Notes: a model not told the origin generated them from the sequence alone. 50,991 nt of DNA from Hyphochytrium catenoides (GCA_900088475.1 FLMG01002844.1:1-50991); one strand, 5' to 3'. Shown: positions 35,467-47,807, counted from the first letter of the stretch. Made by a program: numbers and translations.

Positions 35467-38400
35467 CGTTCGTGTGACCCGGCACACGCCAACCCAACAG
35501 GCAGTTTGCCCTGCAGCTAAAACCCTCTTCCCTTCTGACTGATCCCAGACAAGAGGGCTTGTCCGCAAAATATGAGGAGCACAGGATATTCGGTCAATGG
35601 GACAGAGAATGAGGCGATGCAGATGGCTTGGCACTCTCAGCGAGAGAGCATCAGGACCACTTGCTGAGTAAGAACGCGGCTCCTAAAGCCTGACTGCTCT
35701 ACAAGCTCAACCGTAGTTACTCTGTGGACGCTTGCATAGTTTAATAAGTCGGCGTGGACGAAGGCCTTCAGAAGGAAGGCTGCACCTTTGAGATCAGACG
35801 TAATAGAAGCAGGACTACTATCGGACGAGCCCGCCACAACGAACCGTCTGCCTTACAGTAACAAGTTCTATGGTGGTTCCGAAGATAGACTTACAAGGGC
35901 TTAGGGTTAGGTAGACCCAATACTGTAAAAAGAAACAGCTTGGAATAATATAAAGCTCCAACCCTCACAGAGCTGTACGACGAACATGTAAGCCTCTGTA
36001 CGCTTTGTACAGCTGTACGTGTTGAAGGGTGGTGGGATCTGATCTTGATATCTTCATATCTTCATCTTGGCCTCAAAATGATGACAAACAGAGAGCTTTT
36101 CGTCGGTCTGGGACCGTGCTCAGCTTGTCATCCCTGCTGAGTTGCTGGAGGAGCAACAGTCCGGGACTTTAGCATCACTTGATAGTAGAAGATTTTTGAT
36201 GTGTGTGCCTCTATCATGGTAGCGCCAGGGCTATGCAACCTTTGTATGGAGAGTTTTGTCTGTTTGGGAACCTGGCACGCTATGGTCTCGCGTTTGACAC
36301 ATCGTGCGTGACCCTTGGTCGTCATGATGGGAATAGCTACGAGAACATATGTACCTACGCACGAATAGGAGACTCGAGAGTAAATAGTCGGCCAGAAAGA
36401 AAGAAGACCAAGAAGGGAGCAGGGAGGCCCACCTAAGGGAGTTAATTATAGGGAAGTCGTCGTGGCAAGAAAGAGCGGCACCGAGCTGCCTGCAGGGACG
36501 ACGGCTTCATCTTCCCAATGAGGCGAGAGGCGAAATGTCTTCTTCTTACTCACAATCGTATTTCGGAGAGGATAAAGAAGCAGGAGCAGCGCGGATAGCA
36601 AGAGGATAAGAAGAAGTTGAAGAAAGAGTAGGGGGGGTTGAAGCAGCGACGAGAAGGGAGATATTATCATGGCACACGCGCGGTGAGGGAGAGCCCTAAG
36701 TGGGACAACTTGGAGGGGACAATTATTCAGGCAGCTCCGTCGTGCCGCACCAATGACACTTGTTTAGCCAAGCGAGACCGGTAGAGAAGACACACGTGGC
36801 ACTTTATAGTAATTGTCCGATTGTCTTGGGCAGCTCAACACATAACAACAATAACCTTCACGACGGCTGCAACCGTGGCAGAACCCCCCAAATCGATTTC
36901 CACACTAGAAAAAGAAGGAAGAACAAACAAGGCATCGTGGGGCGTGACAAGCAGCCAGATACTTATGATCCTCTCGATCCTCAAGAGCAGCCACTGCTAC
37001 TCAGACCGATCTGCTGCAAATGAGTGTTTATTGCGATTTAATGATGATGATGGATTCTAGCAACTAGAAGTAGAGGAACCCTAAGGAAAACAGGCTTACG
37101 AGATACAAAGTCTTTCATACGCCACACGGCTTTTTGTGATAGAGCGGTGTCAGAAGAAGAGAAGATCAAGAAAAGAAGAAAGAGCCAAGGGCTACGAATT
37201 TTGTCTCTCCAACCTCTCTACACTCTACCCTCATTCGGGAAAAAATAAAAGAATCATTTGAGTCATTGTCTCCCTGAGTAATGTAGTATGTATATAGAGC
37301 GAGGCATCAAGACTATCATCACTCTCTGCCAGCCAAGACCAAGAGAAGGCTCTAGCCTCTAACAAGGAAGACTTCAGGATATGAAGCTTTATTTCTTCGT
37401 GAATGGCTAAAGAAAGTGAGTGTGAACCGGTAAAGCCCTGCTGCCGGTGAGGCTTACCCAATGTCCCGTGCCGAGAAGCATCATCATGTGAAGACCAATT
37501 AAACTGAAGTTCCATAGTGCCTCCCAAACATTCCCACATTAGCTGGACAATGCAGCTCGACAGGCTGACAAGAGCGTCATACTTCGTCGTCATGTTCCCA
37601 GCTTTATCACTCCCTTAAGAACAACAGAGTTGTTCTATGAGGAGATTTCTGAAGGGAAAGGATGGACGACTGTTCAGAGAACAAAGAGAAGAAGTATGCA
37701 AGAAGGCCTTGCTCAGCCAAAGAAAACTGGGCCATAGTTACGGTCGGAGGGCCACGGAAGCCCAGGGACTTCCTTCTCCCAGTGATAATTATGAGCAAAG
37801 AAAATTCTTTTCTTATCCGTCCTCACATCAGACGATAGGAAAGGAAGAAGAAACGGGGGACAGCTAGAGCAGAAGATTGGAAAAGAGTCGAAGCAGGGAG
37901 CGGCGAGGGTTGAAAAGCGGTATAAGTAAGGTACGTAGTAGACGCTATGGCTTTTGTCCTTGAATCTATGCAGCAGACTGTGACGCTTCGAATCGATCGC
38001 TGGTCAATTGATCCTTCTCGCCATAAAGATATTGAAGTGGTCACAACTGGCGATGGCTTTGAGTCTTCATACCAGAGTCTCGTTGACCATTTATGGAAAA
38101 AATGCCCTTCAGATTCCGAAGCGTGTTCCTCTTCAGCACTTGGACCCCTTCTCTTACTTACGTGTTCGGGAGCGATGATCGTCTTGGTGCTTTGTCATTC
38201 CCTCCTACTGCTCCTAGCATTGTTTGTAGGGAAGTAAACGTAACTATGGTACTCTCCTTTCTGATATTGATGATGGAGGGAAGAGGATTGAAGAGACATA
38301 CTCGTAGCTCTTTTCCTTTCCCTATGAACAATATATTGCTCGCCTGTTGGGTTTATCTTCCCTCATACTCTCATAGCTCTGATCTGGACACCAAACTACT

Positions 38401-39672
38401 TTAGCCATCCGCCTGGGAGGGCTGTATGAGCTCGCGTGGGGTTCTTCCCTGCTGCTATCCTTTTTCTGTTGGTGCCTTCGCCATTTCAACTGCGCGCGCC
38501 CATTGCGTCTCCGGACGTCCAGATGTAGTTTCCACCCTTGGTCGTCGAGCTGCTCGACGCTTTCTTGGAAACAATGATGTCATCTTGTTCGAAGAAGAAG
38601 TGCGTCTGCCCTGTTTCCTCCTTCTCTCTAGAGAGCATTGATCATATCTCTCTAGATTTGTTTGGTTGACGTCTGCCTAGCTTGGGCGCTACTCCTCTTC
38701 TGCAGGCGGGGGATTACCTTCAGCCTGCTCCAATTCTATTCTTTCTATTTCTCTGGTCGGCACCGAGGTTTCTTCCCCTTTGAAGGTTTCTTCGGGTGAT
38801 GTTGTGGCGATTTGAGGTATCTATTCGTGCGCATTCCTGCTTCTTTCTGTCGGACCCGTGCCTGTCCAATTGGCTGCCCTTGGGGATCATGGCCCTGTCT
38901 GTCATCTTGGGGAAAGTGCTAATCCAAGTTACCACCATCACATCCAACAACTTTTCTTAATATGCTTCTCTGATTTTCAAGGTCTCCTCAACTCATCACC
39001 TCCCAGGCACCAATCAGAAGCCTGGAGATTTATTACTTCTTGGCTTCCTAACTTCTTTCCAGCACACGGCTTCTAATGTGTCCATCTCGGGCTCGTTGAT
39101 GCTATCCAGAACTCTTCCTTATGCAGCTGTCCCTGCCGACTACCAGAGTCGTCTTTCTGAGAATATCACGGTGAAGGAGTATTAGGCTCCCTATAAGGCT
39201 GCTGGGCTGCAAGCTGTCCCTCTACTGTGGGAGTCTTGGGTGGGGCTATGCCTTGGCGGGTCGTTGACTGTGTGCAACGACTTGTGGAGCTTCAATCTTA
39301 TCGCTTCTCGCTTGATGGCTCTTGGCACCATCGTGAACATTAACGATTGTAATCTCTTCTTTCATTGGCACCAGAAGAGGAGTCTCTTTATTAGCCTTTC
39401 ATAGAGAAAAATGCTCTCCAGTTTCTGATGAAGCGTATTTCTCTTCACCAGCTGGACCCTTCTCTAGCTTGTCGTTGTCGGGTCGAGTTGATGTCTTGGT
39501 GATCTCCCTTTTCCTATTGTTGCATTTCCCTTGATAGAACTACCGTTATAAAAAGGAAGATGAAAAAAGGAGAAAGAGGTGCCAACAGCGGGTAAATTTA
39601 CTAGGCGTTACTAAGCCCTAATAACAATAGAACTCTTGAATCTCGGTCCAAATAATAAAAACTGGCTTCCCT

Positions 39673-39697
39673 CTTCTTCTTCTTCTTCTTCTTCTTC
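39673..39697. repeat. (CTT)n microsatellite
   Basis: About eight CTT units. Confidence 0.9.
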
Positions 39698-40439
39698 TCA
39701 CTTTTATGGAGAGTCGGAGGTGAGTGATGGAAAGTACAATAGGATGCCGTTCAAGCTTCGAGCGACGGGTAGTTCTATTTGTAGCCTTCTTCCAGTTCTA
39801 CTCTGAGCTGGACCGTCTTCTTCTCTTGTTCTAAACTGATGATGAGCTCGTCCGCTCTTCGCTCGTCGGCTCTTTCTGCTGCGGCTTCTTGACGGTTCTT
39901 AGGTAGCTGATGGACCGAACCCCACGAATCTTGTATGGAAGACTCTTCTGGAAACGAAGCTATCAACCGTATAACAACCTGCATTCGTAGCGGAAACTGT
40001 AGTGTTACATGCAGCAGCCACCAGTTTGCTTCTCGTCCTTACTTGTCCACTGGGCTGCTGATGAGGTGAGCAGACCATCAGCCAGAAGTAACGTCGCTCA
40101 GCAGAGTTCCTTCCCATTTGCCAACGGTTCTAGGAGATGCAAGGCATGGGTAATGAAGAAGAACGGTGACACCATAGCCAAATGAGCCTATATATTTATA
40201 CGTGTAGGAGCGTCAGTACCGAACCTACTGCCCGCTCTACACTACTTGGTCCTGAAGTAATAGGCTTCGTCGAGACGGCAGAGCAGCGCTCACAGATCAC
40301 GGTTCACTCTTTCTACTTCTTGCGGATCTCAGTGCCAGATAAGCCAACATCATTGCGATGCACGTATTACTTGCAACAACACCAAAACGTAGGAAGGAAC
40401 CGAGCACCATAATCGCAAAAAGAACAGGCTGATTGTACA

Positions 40440-41897
40440 ATGAGTCAAAGCAAAAGGATCTCACCCTTTCCACCCTTCTTCTGCTTATTGGTGTTTATCC
40501 TGGTCCTACTCCAGACCGTGATACCAGCAGGTGGTGTCCGCTTTGGACCTCAGATTCCCACAGGTCTTGGACGCCCCAGAGGTCATGAAGGCAGACCGGT
40601 TATGTCTAACGCTCTCCGTGGTAGCGCTGCCTCCGGCGTGCCCCATATTATCGGGGCGGCGCCACGGCTTCCTCGCCACGTTTTAAAAGGGAAGGGCAAC
40701 AGCAAGGCTGCTTCTTCTAATAAGAAACTGGCTGCTTCTCTTAACCCGGAACCTCGCTCTGGAAGGGTCGTCATGGTGAAGGATGATTCTCCCTTCCTCC
40801 AATCCGCTGACAGATTACCTCCAGTGCCAGAATGGCTTAAGGAAGGAAGGGATCTTTCCCAACAGATAATTCTAGTGGGCAAGGGCGGGGAAAAACGAGT
40901 TCAGCAGATGCACTACTACGACAGCCTTCCTGGTGGTCGACTGGCTAACGGGGAGAAACCTTTACAAACGGTCCTATTTATCCCGGGCTTCATGGGAAAG
41001 GGAGGAGATCTCGTCTCCGTCGTTCGGCACCTCCTATTGCAGGATCCCGCTTATCTGGATAAACGTCGAATAATTATTGTCGAGCTGCCAGGACGCGGCA
41101 AGAGCCAAGATCCCCTCTCCATGGGTGAGTACTGGTGGCTATCACAAGAAGGCGTAAACGAGATCGCGAAGGGGTTTCTCAGCATCGACCAGATGAAGTC
41201 CGCTGTAGAACAGCTCATGGACAAGATAATACCCATGATGGATGGCTCTTCCAGCAGAGACGATGTGGTGGTCGTGGGTGAGTCGATGGGGGGCCATATC
41301 GCTGCATTGCTAGTCAAAGAAGACAAGAGCGGAAGCCCAGGTGGAGCTTTGCTTGTGAACCCATACGGCATCGCATCTCCAGAGCTAACAAAGGGGCAGA
41401 TTGCGTTCAAGGAAAGAGGAGAGAACTGGATGGCTCCTCTAAATCCTGCGCATTTTGTAGAGCTCGTTCGCGCTTTGGTTAGTGAGGAGTCCTTCGCTAG
41501 AATGAAGGAGCAGAAGAACAACGCCATCGGCAGAGTTGTGTCCGTCTTAGAGGAAAACTCCGACAATATCCTCTTGAAAGCCTTCTGGCCGCTTCTTCAT
41601 TGGCCTCTTCTGGGTCCCCAGAAAAAGCGGTTGGCTTACATGGAGGGCGCATTACAACGTACGCAGTTGACAGCGGACAGTTTCCAAGGTATACCCAAGA
41701 AGAAGAAGCTAGTGACGCTGAATGGAATGGAGGACGGAGTCTTTCACTGGAGCTCCGCTTATACCTTCCTCGAAGGCCATCCAAATGCAAAAGCCTATAT
41801 CTTGGAAAAGGCTGGGCACTTGTTGTTCAAAGAGCGGCCAGACATGGTAGCCAAGTATCTTCTTTCCTTGTCCCATGATCTTTATGATCAGGGATAA
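40440..41897 (+). CDS. Intronless secreted or N-anchored alpha/beta-hydrolase (lipase/esterase, ABHD6-like), copy 1
   Basis: 485-aa uninterrupted ORF with a hydrophobic N-terminus. Motifs: LFIPGFMG (oxyanion region), IIVELPGRGKS, nucleophile elbow GESMGG, acid EDG and His in AGHL. Confidence 0.9.
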   Translation: MSQSKRISPFPPFFCLLVFILVLLQTVIPAGGVRFGPQIPTGLGRPRGHEGRPVMSNALRGSAASGVPHIIGAAPRLPRHVLKGKGNSKAASSNKKLAASLNPEPRSGRVVMVKDDSPFLQSADRLPPVPEWLKEGRDLSQQIILVGKGGEKRVQQMHYYDSLPGGRLANGEKPLQTVLFIPGFMGKGGDLVSVVRHLLLQDPAYLDKRRIIIVELPGRGKSQDPLSMGEYWWLSQEGVNEIAKGFLSIDQMKSAVEQLMDKIIPMMDGSSSRDDVVVVGESMGGHIAALLVKEDKSGSPGGALLVNPYGIASPELTKGQIAFKERGENWMAPLNPAHFVELVRALVSEESFARMKEQKNNAIGRVVSVLEENSDNILLKAFWPLLHWPLLGPQKKRLAYMEGALQRTQLTADSFQGIPKKKKLVTLNGMEDGVFHWSSAYTFLEGHPNAKAYILEKAGHLLFKERPDMVAKYLLSLSHDLYDQG

Positions 41898-41957
41898 GAC
41901 AGGATTGAAAGCTATCATAATCCATAGAAGAAGAGGGCTAATCAATAGCATATAGGC

Positions 41958-42817
41958 TCAAACCGACCCATCTAAATCTAAAGCCAGGAGAGGAACGGAG
42001 CCAGCGAAAGCGCGCACGTAGGATATATAATTCTTCTTGGTACCTAGGAATGGTCCAGAATGAGCCGCGTCATTATTAGGAGGATAGTTCACTATCAGTC
42101 CTTCGTAATTCGTTGCTAGGTCGAGAAGCCTGCCGTTTTCATCTGCTGTTGAGCTGCCCACTAGATCTTCTGGCATGCGACCGACGGAGGAATAAGAAGT
42201 ACTATAATGTGATATGTCTGTACTGAAGAGGGAGAGGAGAGTACACCTAAGGTCTTCCTCATGAGGCGAGGAAAGATATTTTCTTCTCTCCTTCATACGA
42301 GCGATAGCCATCATCCTTCAGAGGTGCCGAACCTCGAATAATCGATTTAGACCTACCTCGTTGAAGCCTAGTTGGGGGTAACTCTAGAATAATAAAGCTA
42401 AGCTCCCAAGACAAATCCGTTACTGCTCCGCGTTTAGGTGGTCCTCTCTCAAAAGATCTGGCTGTTAGCGCTAAACCACGATCCAAACCCGTGAAGTAAA
42501 GGCATCCTCGTTGTTTGCCACTCTTGACGGTGGTAGTCCTTTGCCTGTGGAAGAAAACCACCACTGTAGAGCAGCTAAAAAGGCAAGGTAATTAAAGGTA
42601 TTGCTTCAGCTGTAATAGTTGAGCGATGGCCATAGCTCAGAGTCAAAAATGTCGCGTGGACGTTGCTAGTAGCTCCACCGCATGATGGGGTCACTAAACC
42701 TGCTGCAAAGGCAGGAAAAAGAACAGTCGCTAGAACCAGCACCGCTTGGCGGCTGCACACCAAAGCGCAAGGCCGGCTATAATAGGCAACCACCATCAAG
42801 CCCGCCCGGCCCGTCAC
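41958..42817 (-). pseudogene. Probable decayed, frameshifted alpha/beta-hydrolase relic in inverted orientation
   Basis: Motifs occur in order across frames: hydrophobic leader (AVLVLATVLFPAFAAG), LLHGFGS (~42499-42479), FIILELP...RGRS (~42396-42350), LVGSS (~42163-42149) and GLIVNYP. Spacing is close to that in the intact neighbours. Confidence 0.45.
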
Positions 42818-45262
42818 TTGACCACTACTACTAAAGCCATAACTATGCTAAACCTCCGTATCATGTGACATGCAAAACATCTGCCTACTGCTTATTCCTC
42901 CCTGCAGCAGCCGCAGCCAAAAATTCTGGAGATAAGGACGCAAGTTATGACCTTTCTAGGGATGATGAAAACGATATCCCTCTGGTCTGGGAGCCCTTTC
43001 GGCGAGCATCTTTTCACTCTTCTCTGCAAGTCCTCAACGTACTACCGCCTCTTCTGCAGCCCCTGCTGAGCGGCTTTTTACCACCCTCAGCAAGAGAGGC
43101 ACATCTTTGATCGTCATCGTCATCGCCTATCACCTAGGCTCTTTTGCCTCTCTCATGGTCCATAATCCTCTTTCTCCTCTTCTTCTGGAGTAACCGAGGG
43201 AGCAACCACCTTTGCTGTCTCCGGTCCTTTCTCATCACTCTACAGCTGCTACTACTGCTCTAACTGCTCTCTCACTTGCCACTGACGAACAAGACTTCAT
43301 CCTTCTTCTCTCGTAGTATTACTATTATAGGTGAGGAGTTAGCCTTGGAAATCTGAGGGCTTCGCTTGATTTGGTGGGGAGTTAGCCTTGCAGGTGGTTG
43401 TTTGAAGGGGTCATAGCCTGAGCGTCGAAGGAATGGATTGTACTAGCTTCATTTAGCGGAGCTACCTCCACGCGGTTAGATGCAACAGACACTACCTACG
43501 GGGGATTAGGTGGAGAACTTCGTGCGAGGAATCACCTTGCGTAAAGCTGTGGCTTGGAAATGGCCTCAGCCGGCCGGCAGGCGCTTAAAGCTTGATTGGA
43601 CTTCCTTCATGATCCCGGACTTCTTCCCTCAGAAGTTGTTAAAGAGCACGTACGCCCAGCATAGTTGTACGGGGCTTGGTTTGCTTGATAGTAGTAGCTA
43701 ATGGTGCTTTCAGTTGGCTGATTTCTAAGAATGCTAGACTCCAGACCGCTTCACGAGCTCCGAGGTCCAGAAGTGTCAGTCCGTTAAAAGCTACGTTGCT
43801 GCCATGCTCCTTGTTGACAGCCGTGTTTTTCGCTTGTCACTGGCCTTAATCAGGAACTGCCGGTCCTCCTGGAAGAGCTGGTGGGCTTTGTACTGAATGC
43901 ACTGTAAACTTGGCTTGGGTTAACCGGAGGACGATTGTCTGACCACGAACGAGGATGATAGCGGATACGGAGCAGCAGCGCACACAACACGGGAGAAACA
44001 GAGCAAAAGAGACGGAGCAGGAGGAGGGAGGAAAAGAAGAGGAAGAAGGAGAGCCGCATGGGAAAGCGAACGAAGAAGGCAGGAAGAAGCAGAGAAGTAT
44101 GAAGGACATATGATTGATCGGCCTAAACAACGTGCGGTGGCGTGGAGTGTGGGCCGGGACCTGCTGGTACCTATGTGGTGGTGGAAGGGGAAGACCGAGG
44201 AGGGAGGATGCGATGATAAAGTCCAGATGTTGATGAAGAGAGATTCTAGTCTCCTCCGTCGAGGCTCGTCTCTCGTCAATCCGTCAGCATCAGTCACGAC
44301 CAGCAGCCCGCCTACCTTTCTTTTTATCTCTTCGAGATCAACAAGTTTCTAATCTAATACCTGTAGCTACTAGTGTATACTAGCCTTGCCATGATGCGCC
44401 TCGTTTTCTTCTAAATATACCATAAGAAATAGATAGTAAAGCAGTAGAACTAACGAGCAACCGCTCGTCCTCGCTCGTCCGTCTCTTTGGCTCTTCTTGC
44501 TGGCGGTGCCCTTCCATTCCTTCTCTTCCTCTGCTGTCGCCTTCTTGAGTGTGATTTTTACCTTGTGTGGACTTCTTTATAAGTTAAGCCATTAGCTCCA
44601 CCCACAGCTCTCCTCCTAATCCAGATTACTTAGGACTATAAAGGGGAGAGTACGAGCTATTAGTAGGTGATCCATCTGTGTCCTTTTTACATGTTCTACC
44701 ACAAGCCGGACAATTTCCTTCGAGCCTGTCTTTCTGTTCAATTCTATAGTAGTTCTATAGTTCCTGGTAGACTGTAGAAGATGAACCGTACGAACGAAAT
44801 CGAGGAATCTTGTAGTTCGACAGTTGTAGAAACATTTCTGGGATCGATGATATGGCCCGTATATCTTTATTGCATGCAGCAGCAGCAAGGATAGGACATG
44901 TTCAGGTACACTGGGATGATGGTTAGTTAATGTGAGCGGGGCAGCGCAACGCAAGGACGACCTGGGCAGGAGAAGAAGAGTTTCTCCTCCATCAATGTTC
45001 ACCTTTCTCAAGGACCCCGATCATCACGGAGCACACATCATAAAGAGCCCCGGAACACGTAGACAAATGTTTGAGGTTACATAGGGGAAGTACTATCAAT
45101 AAGCCAAGCACTCTCTCCTCTTCTCTCTCTTCTCCATCATCCCACTTTCTGAAACTGGTAGCAGGCTCTCCTCAGACCGCCGGCGGCAGATCATCTTCTT
45201 CAGTGTAAATCAAGCCAACAAGCAGACGGACCTGTGACCAGCAGCAGCGAAGAGGAGAACCT

Positions 45263-46732
45263 ATGTGCACTAACGACGGGAGGAGAGTCGAGCTAATTAT
45301 GATGATGAATGGGGGCATCAACAGGAGAAGTTCCCCTCTACAACTCTTCTTCGCTCTTATTGTGTTGTCTGTTTTGATTCTCCTATATCAGACCTTGCCG
45401 TCAGCTGTCTCCATGCCCGTCCTGAGCCTCCACGCTCGTCTACACCCCAATTCCCCCGCGGGTCGTAGACTCGGATCACCAAGTCGCCCCGGTATACTAC
45501 AGGGGAGGAAGGGCAAGAACAGGGAGGCAAACACTGCTTCTTCTTCCCGATCCATGGGTACAAAAAGAACTGACACTTCAGAAGTTGTGAGGCATCCCCG
45601 TCCTTCTCACGCGGACGACAACGTTCCTCCTCTCCCTCCAGTGCCAAAATTTGTTGCAGAGAGGGGTTATTACAAGGAAGTAGTTCTAGGAAGAACTCAC
45701 AAAGAAGAAAGACGAATCCGGATGCACTATTATGACAGCCATCCTAGGGGTCGACTAGCTAACGGGGAGAAACCTCTACGAACGGTTGTGTTTATCCCCG
45801 GCTTTATGGGGAAAGGGGGAGATCTCGCCGCGGTTGTTCAGCACCTCTTACGGCTTGTTCCCACTTACCTGGACAACCATCGAACCATTATTGTCGAGTT
45901 GCCGGGACGCGGAAAGAGCCAAGATCCCCTCTCCATGTGGGAATACAACCGGCTATCACAAAAAGAACTAAATAAGATTGCGAAGGACTTTCTCAGCATT
46001 GAGCAGATGAAGTCCGCTGTAGAACAGCTCATGGACCAGATAATACCGATCAAGGGTGGCTCTTCTCCCAGCAGACACGATGTGGTGGTCGTTGGTGAGT
46101 CAATGGGAGGCCATATCGCCACATTGCTGGTGGCAGGGGACAAGAGTACAAGCCCAGGTGGAGCTTTGCTTGTAAACCCATACAACGTCGCATCTCGAAA
46201 GAAAACAAAGGGGCAACTGGCTTTTATAGAAAAGGGAGAGAACTGGTTGGCCCCTAAAACTCCGCGGGAATTTGTGAAGCTCATTCGCGCTGCATTTAGC
46301 TCAAAATTCTTAGCTAAAATGAAGACGCAGAGCTCCTTATTTGCTAGGATCATGTCCTTCCTGGAGATAAACGCTGGTAATCGTTGGTTAAAAGCTCTCT
46401 GGCCACTCCTTCATTGGCCACTTCTGGGTTCCCAAAAGAAGCGGATGGCTTACATGGCGGGTGCACTAGAGAGTAAGGAGCTCACAGCGGACAGTTTTAA
46501 GAAAGATATACCTGAAGGGAAGAAGATAGTGGCGCTCCTTGGAGAGGAGGACGGAATCTTCCACCCGAACTCGCGTATTACTATCCGTGGCCGTAAAGAG
46601 GCGGAAGTGCATATTATAAAAAAGGCTGGGCACTCGTTGTTTAAAGAGCGGCCTGACGTGGTAGCAAAGTATCTTCTATCCTTGATCCTCCGAACAGGGT
46701 CCCAAGGAAACAATGCTATCGAAGGCCATTAA
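45263..46732 (+). CDS. Intronless secreted or N-anchored alpha/beta-hydrolase, copy 2 (paralogue of 40440-41897)
   Basis: 489-aa ORF with the same motifs (FIPGFMGKGGDL, ELPGRGKSQDPLSM, GESMGG, EDG, AGHS) and long near-identical DNA stretches shared with copy 1. The true start may be one of the MMM codons near 45300. Confidence 0.9.
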   Translation: MCTNDGRRVELIMMMNGGINRRSSPLQLFFALIVLSVLILLYQTLPSAVSMPVLSLHARLHPNSPAGRRLGSPSRPGILQGRKGKNREANTASSSRSMGTKRTDTSEVVRHPRPSHADDNVPPLPPVPKFVAERGYYKEVVLGRTHKEERRIRMHYYDSHPRGRLANGEKPLRTVVFIPGFMGKGGDLAAVVQHLLRLVPTYLDNHRTIIVELPGRGKSQDPLSMWEYNRLSQKELNKIAKDFLSIEQMKSAVEQLMDQIIPIKGGSSPSRHDVVVVGESMGGHIATLLVAGDKSTSPGGALLVNPYNVASRKKTKGQLAFIEKGENWLAPKTPREFVKLIRAAFSSKFLAKMKTQSSLFARIMSFLEINAGNRWLKALWPLLHWPLLGSQKKRMAYMAGALESKELTADSFKKDIPEGKKIVALLGEEDGIFHPNSRITIRGRKEAEVHIIKKAGHSLFKERPDVVAKYLLSLILRTGSQGNNAIEGH

Positions 46733-47807
46733 ACAACGGCGCTAATTGCGTCAAGAGTTTATAGGCTTCAGATGACCCATCACCTTAAGGCAAATAGCGA
46801 GGCCGCAAAAGCACACACCTCGGACAACTCCCTCGTTCTTGTGGGTTTTAGTGGGCCCGAGATGACTGAAAGGATAAAGCTTCGAAAGCAGCCCTTTCTA
46901 GGCAAATCAAAGAGGTCGATGTCTGCTGAATGTTGGCGTGCCGACCGCAATTCTTTCAAATAGCCTATCGAGGGAGGAAGTAGTAGGAATATTAATGAGA
47001 TCTGATTTTTCTAATCCTAGAGGTAATGCCACTCCTCGGAAGGACCTAGAACCTACACTGCAGGGGGCGCCAGCAAGAAGCCTACTCGGCTGTAGTTGGC
47101 TCCCCAAGGACCTGGCCGTTGGCGCAGCTAATCAAAACTCGCCGTTCAGCAAAGACAGCCTTCGTGCCACTATTTATGACGGCGAAAACGTTTCTAGATG
47201 CGCAGATCTGATGGAAGAGCAGCTTGGGAAAGGGCAGGAAGGCAAAGGCGAACTTGATTCCCGACTCAGTTTCTGGCTGTGTGCGGTTCTAACCCAGGAT
47301 TTATTGTGTTCCGTAACTCTAGCCTAGGTCTCTTACGGTAGAGGACTCCAGGAAGATAGCCTGAGCCCAGCAGGGCTCATGCCGGAGGTCGTGGGTGTTA
47401 GCCATCTAAGTAGGAAAATGGATCTTTACTCGGGCTATTTATACTGAGCTTGAAGCTGTTCGTTGTGTATCTCGTATTACTGGCAAAGAGGAGCCTACCC
47501 AGGGAAGCTTGCGGAGGTAGGACAGAAGAAGCAAGTCAACATTTGTACTACCGGCTCCAGGTCAACGAAAATCCTGAAGACGAAAAGCGAGGGCAACCAT
47601 AATTATAGAAGAGGGACTGAAAGAGCCAATGCAATATAGATGTCCCTTCCCCCTCCGCAAAAGAAACAGTACTAGCTGCTGCTGCTGCAAGCAACAAGCT
47701 GTCATGGCAGCGCTCAGGGAGAGATTAGGAGTAGAGTAAGAGGGAGAGCATGAGAAGAATGGTAAGTTATAGGATGAGAGTGATCGCGATAAAGTAGGTG
47801 AGCTGCG

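Noticed and set aside
35897-35913. GGGCTTAGGGTTAGG as a telomeric repeat
   Set aside because: Fewer than three units; similar short matches occur in introns by chance.
35965-36022. Cluster of TGTAC motifs as a regulatory element
   Set aside because: Short motif with no independent support; ~500 bp from the nearest start.
38400-39450. Purine-rich minus-strand stretch as a transposon ORF
   Set aside because: Many stops and no RT, integrase or transposase motif recognised.
41051-41566. Similar antisense ORFs here and at 45865-46353
   Set aside because: Shadow frames of the duplicated hydrolases; their similarity follows from the sense-strand duplication.
43500-44130. Minus-strand hydrophobic leader plus VLFNNF*GK as another hydrolase relic
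   Set aside because: No downstream ELP or GxS motif at the expected spacing; the leader is explained by CT-rich low complexity.
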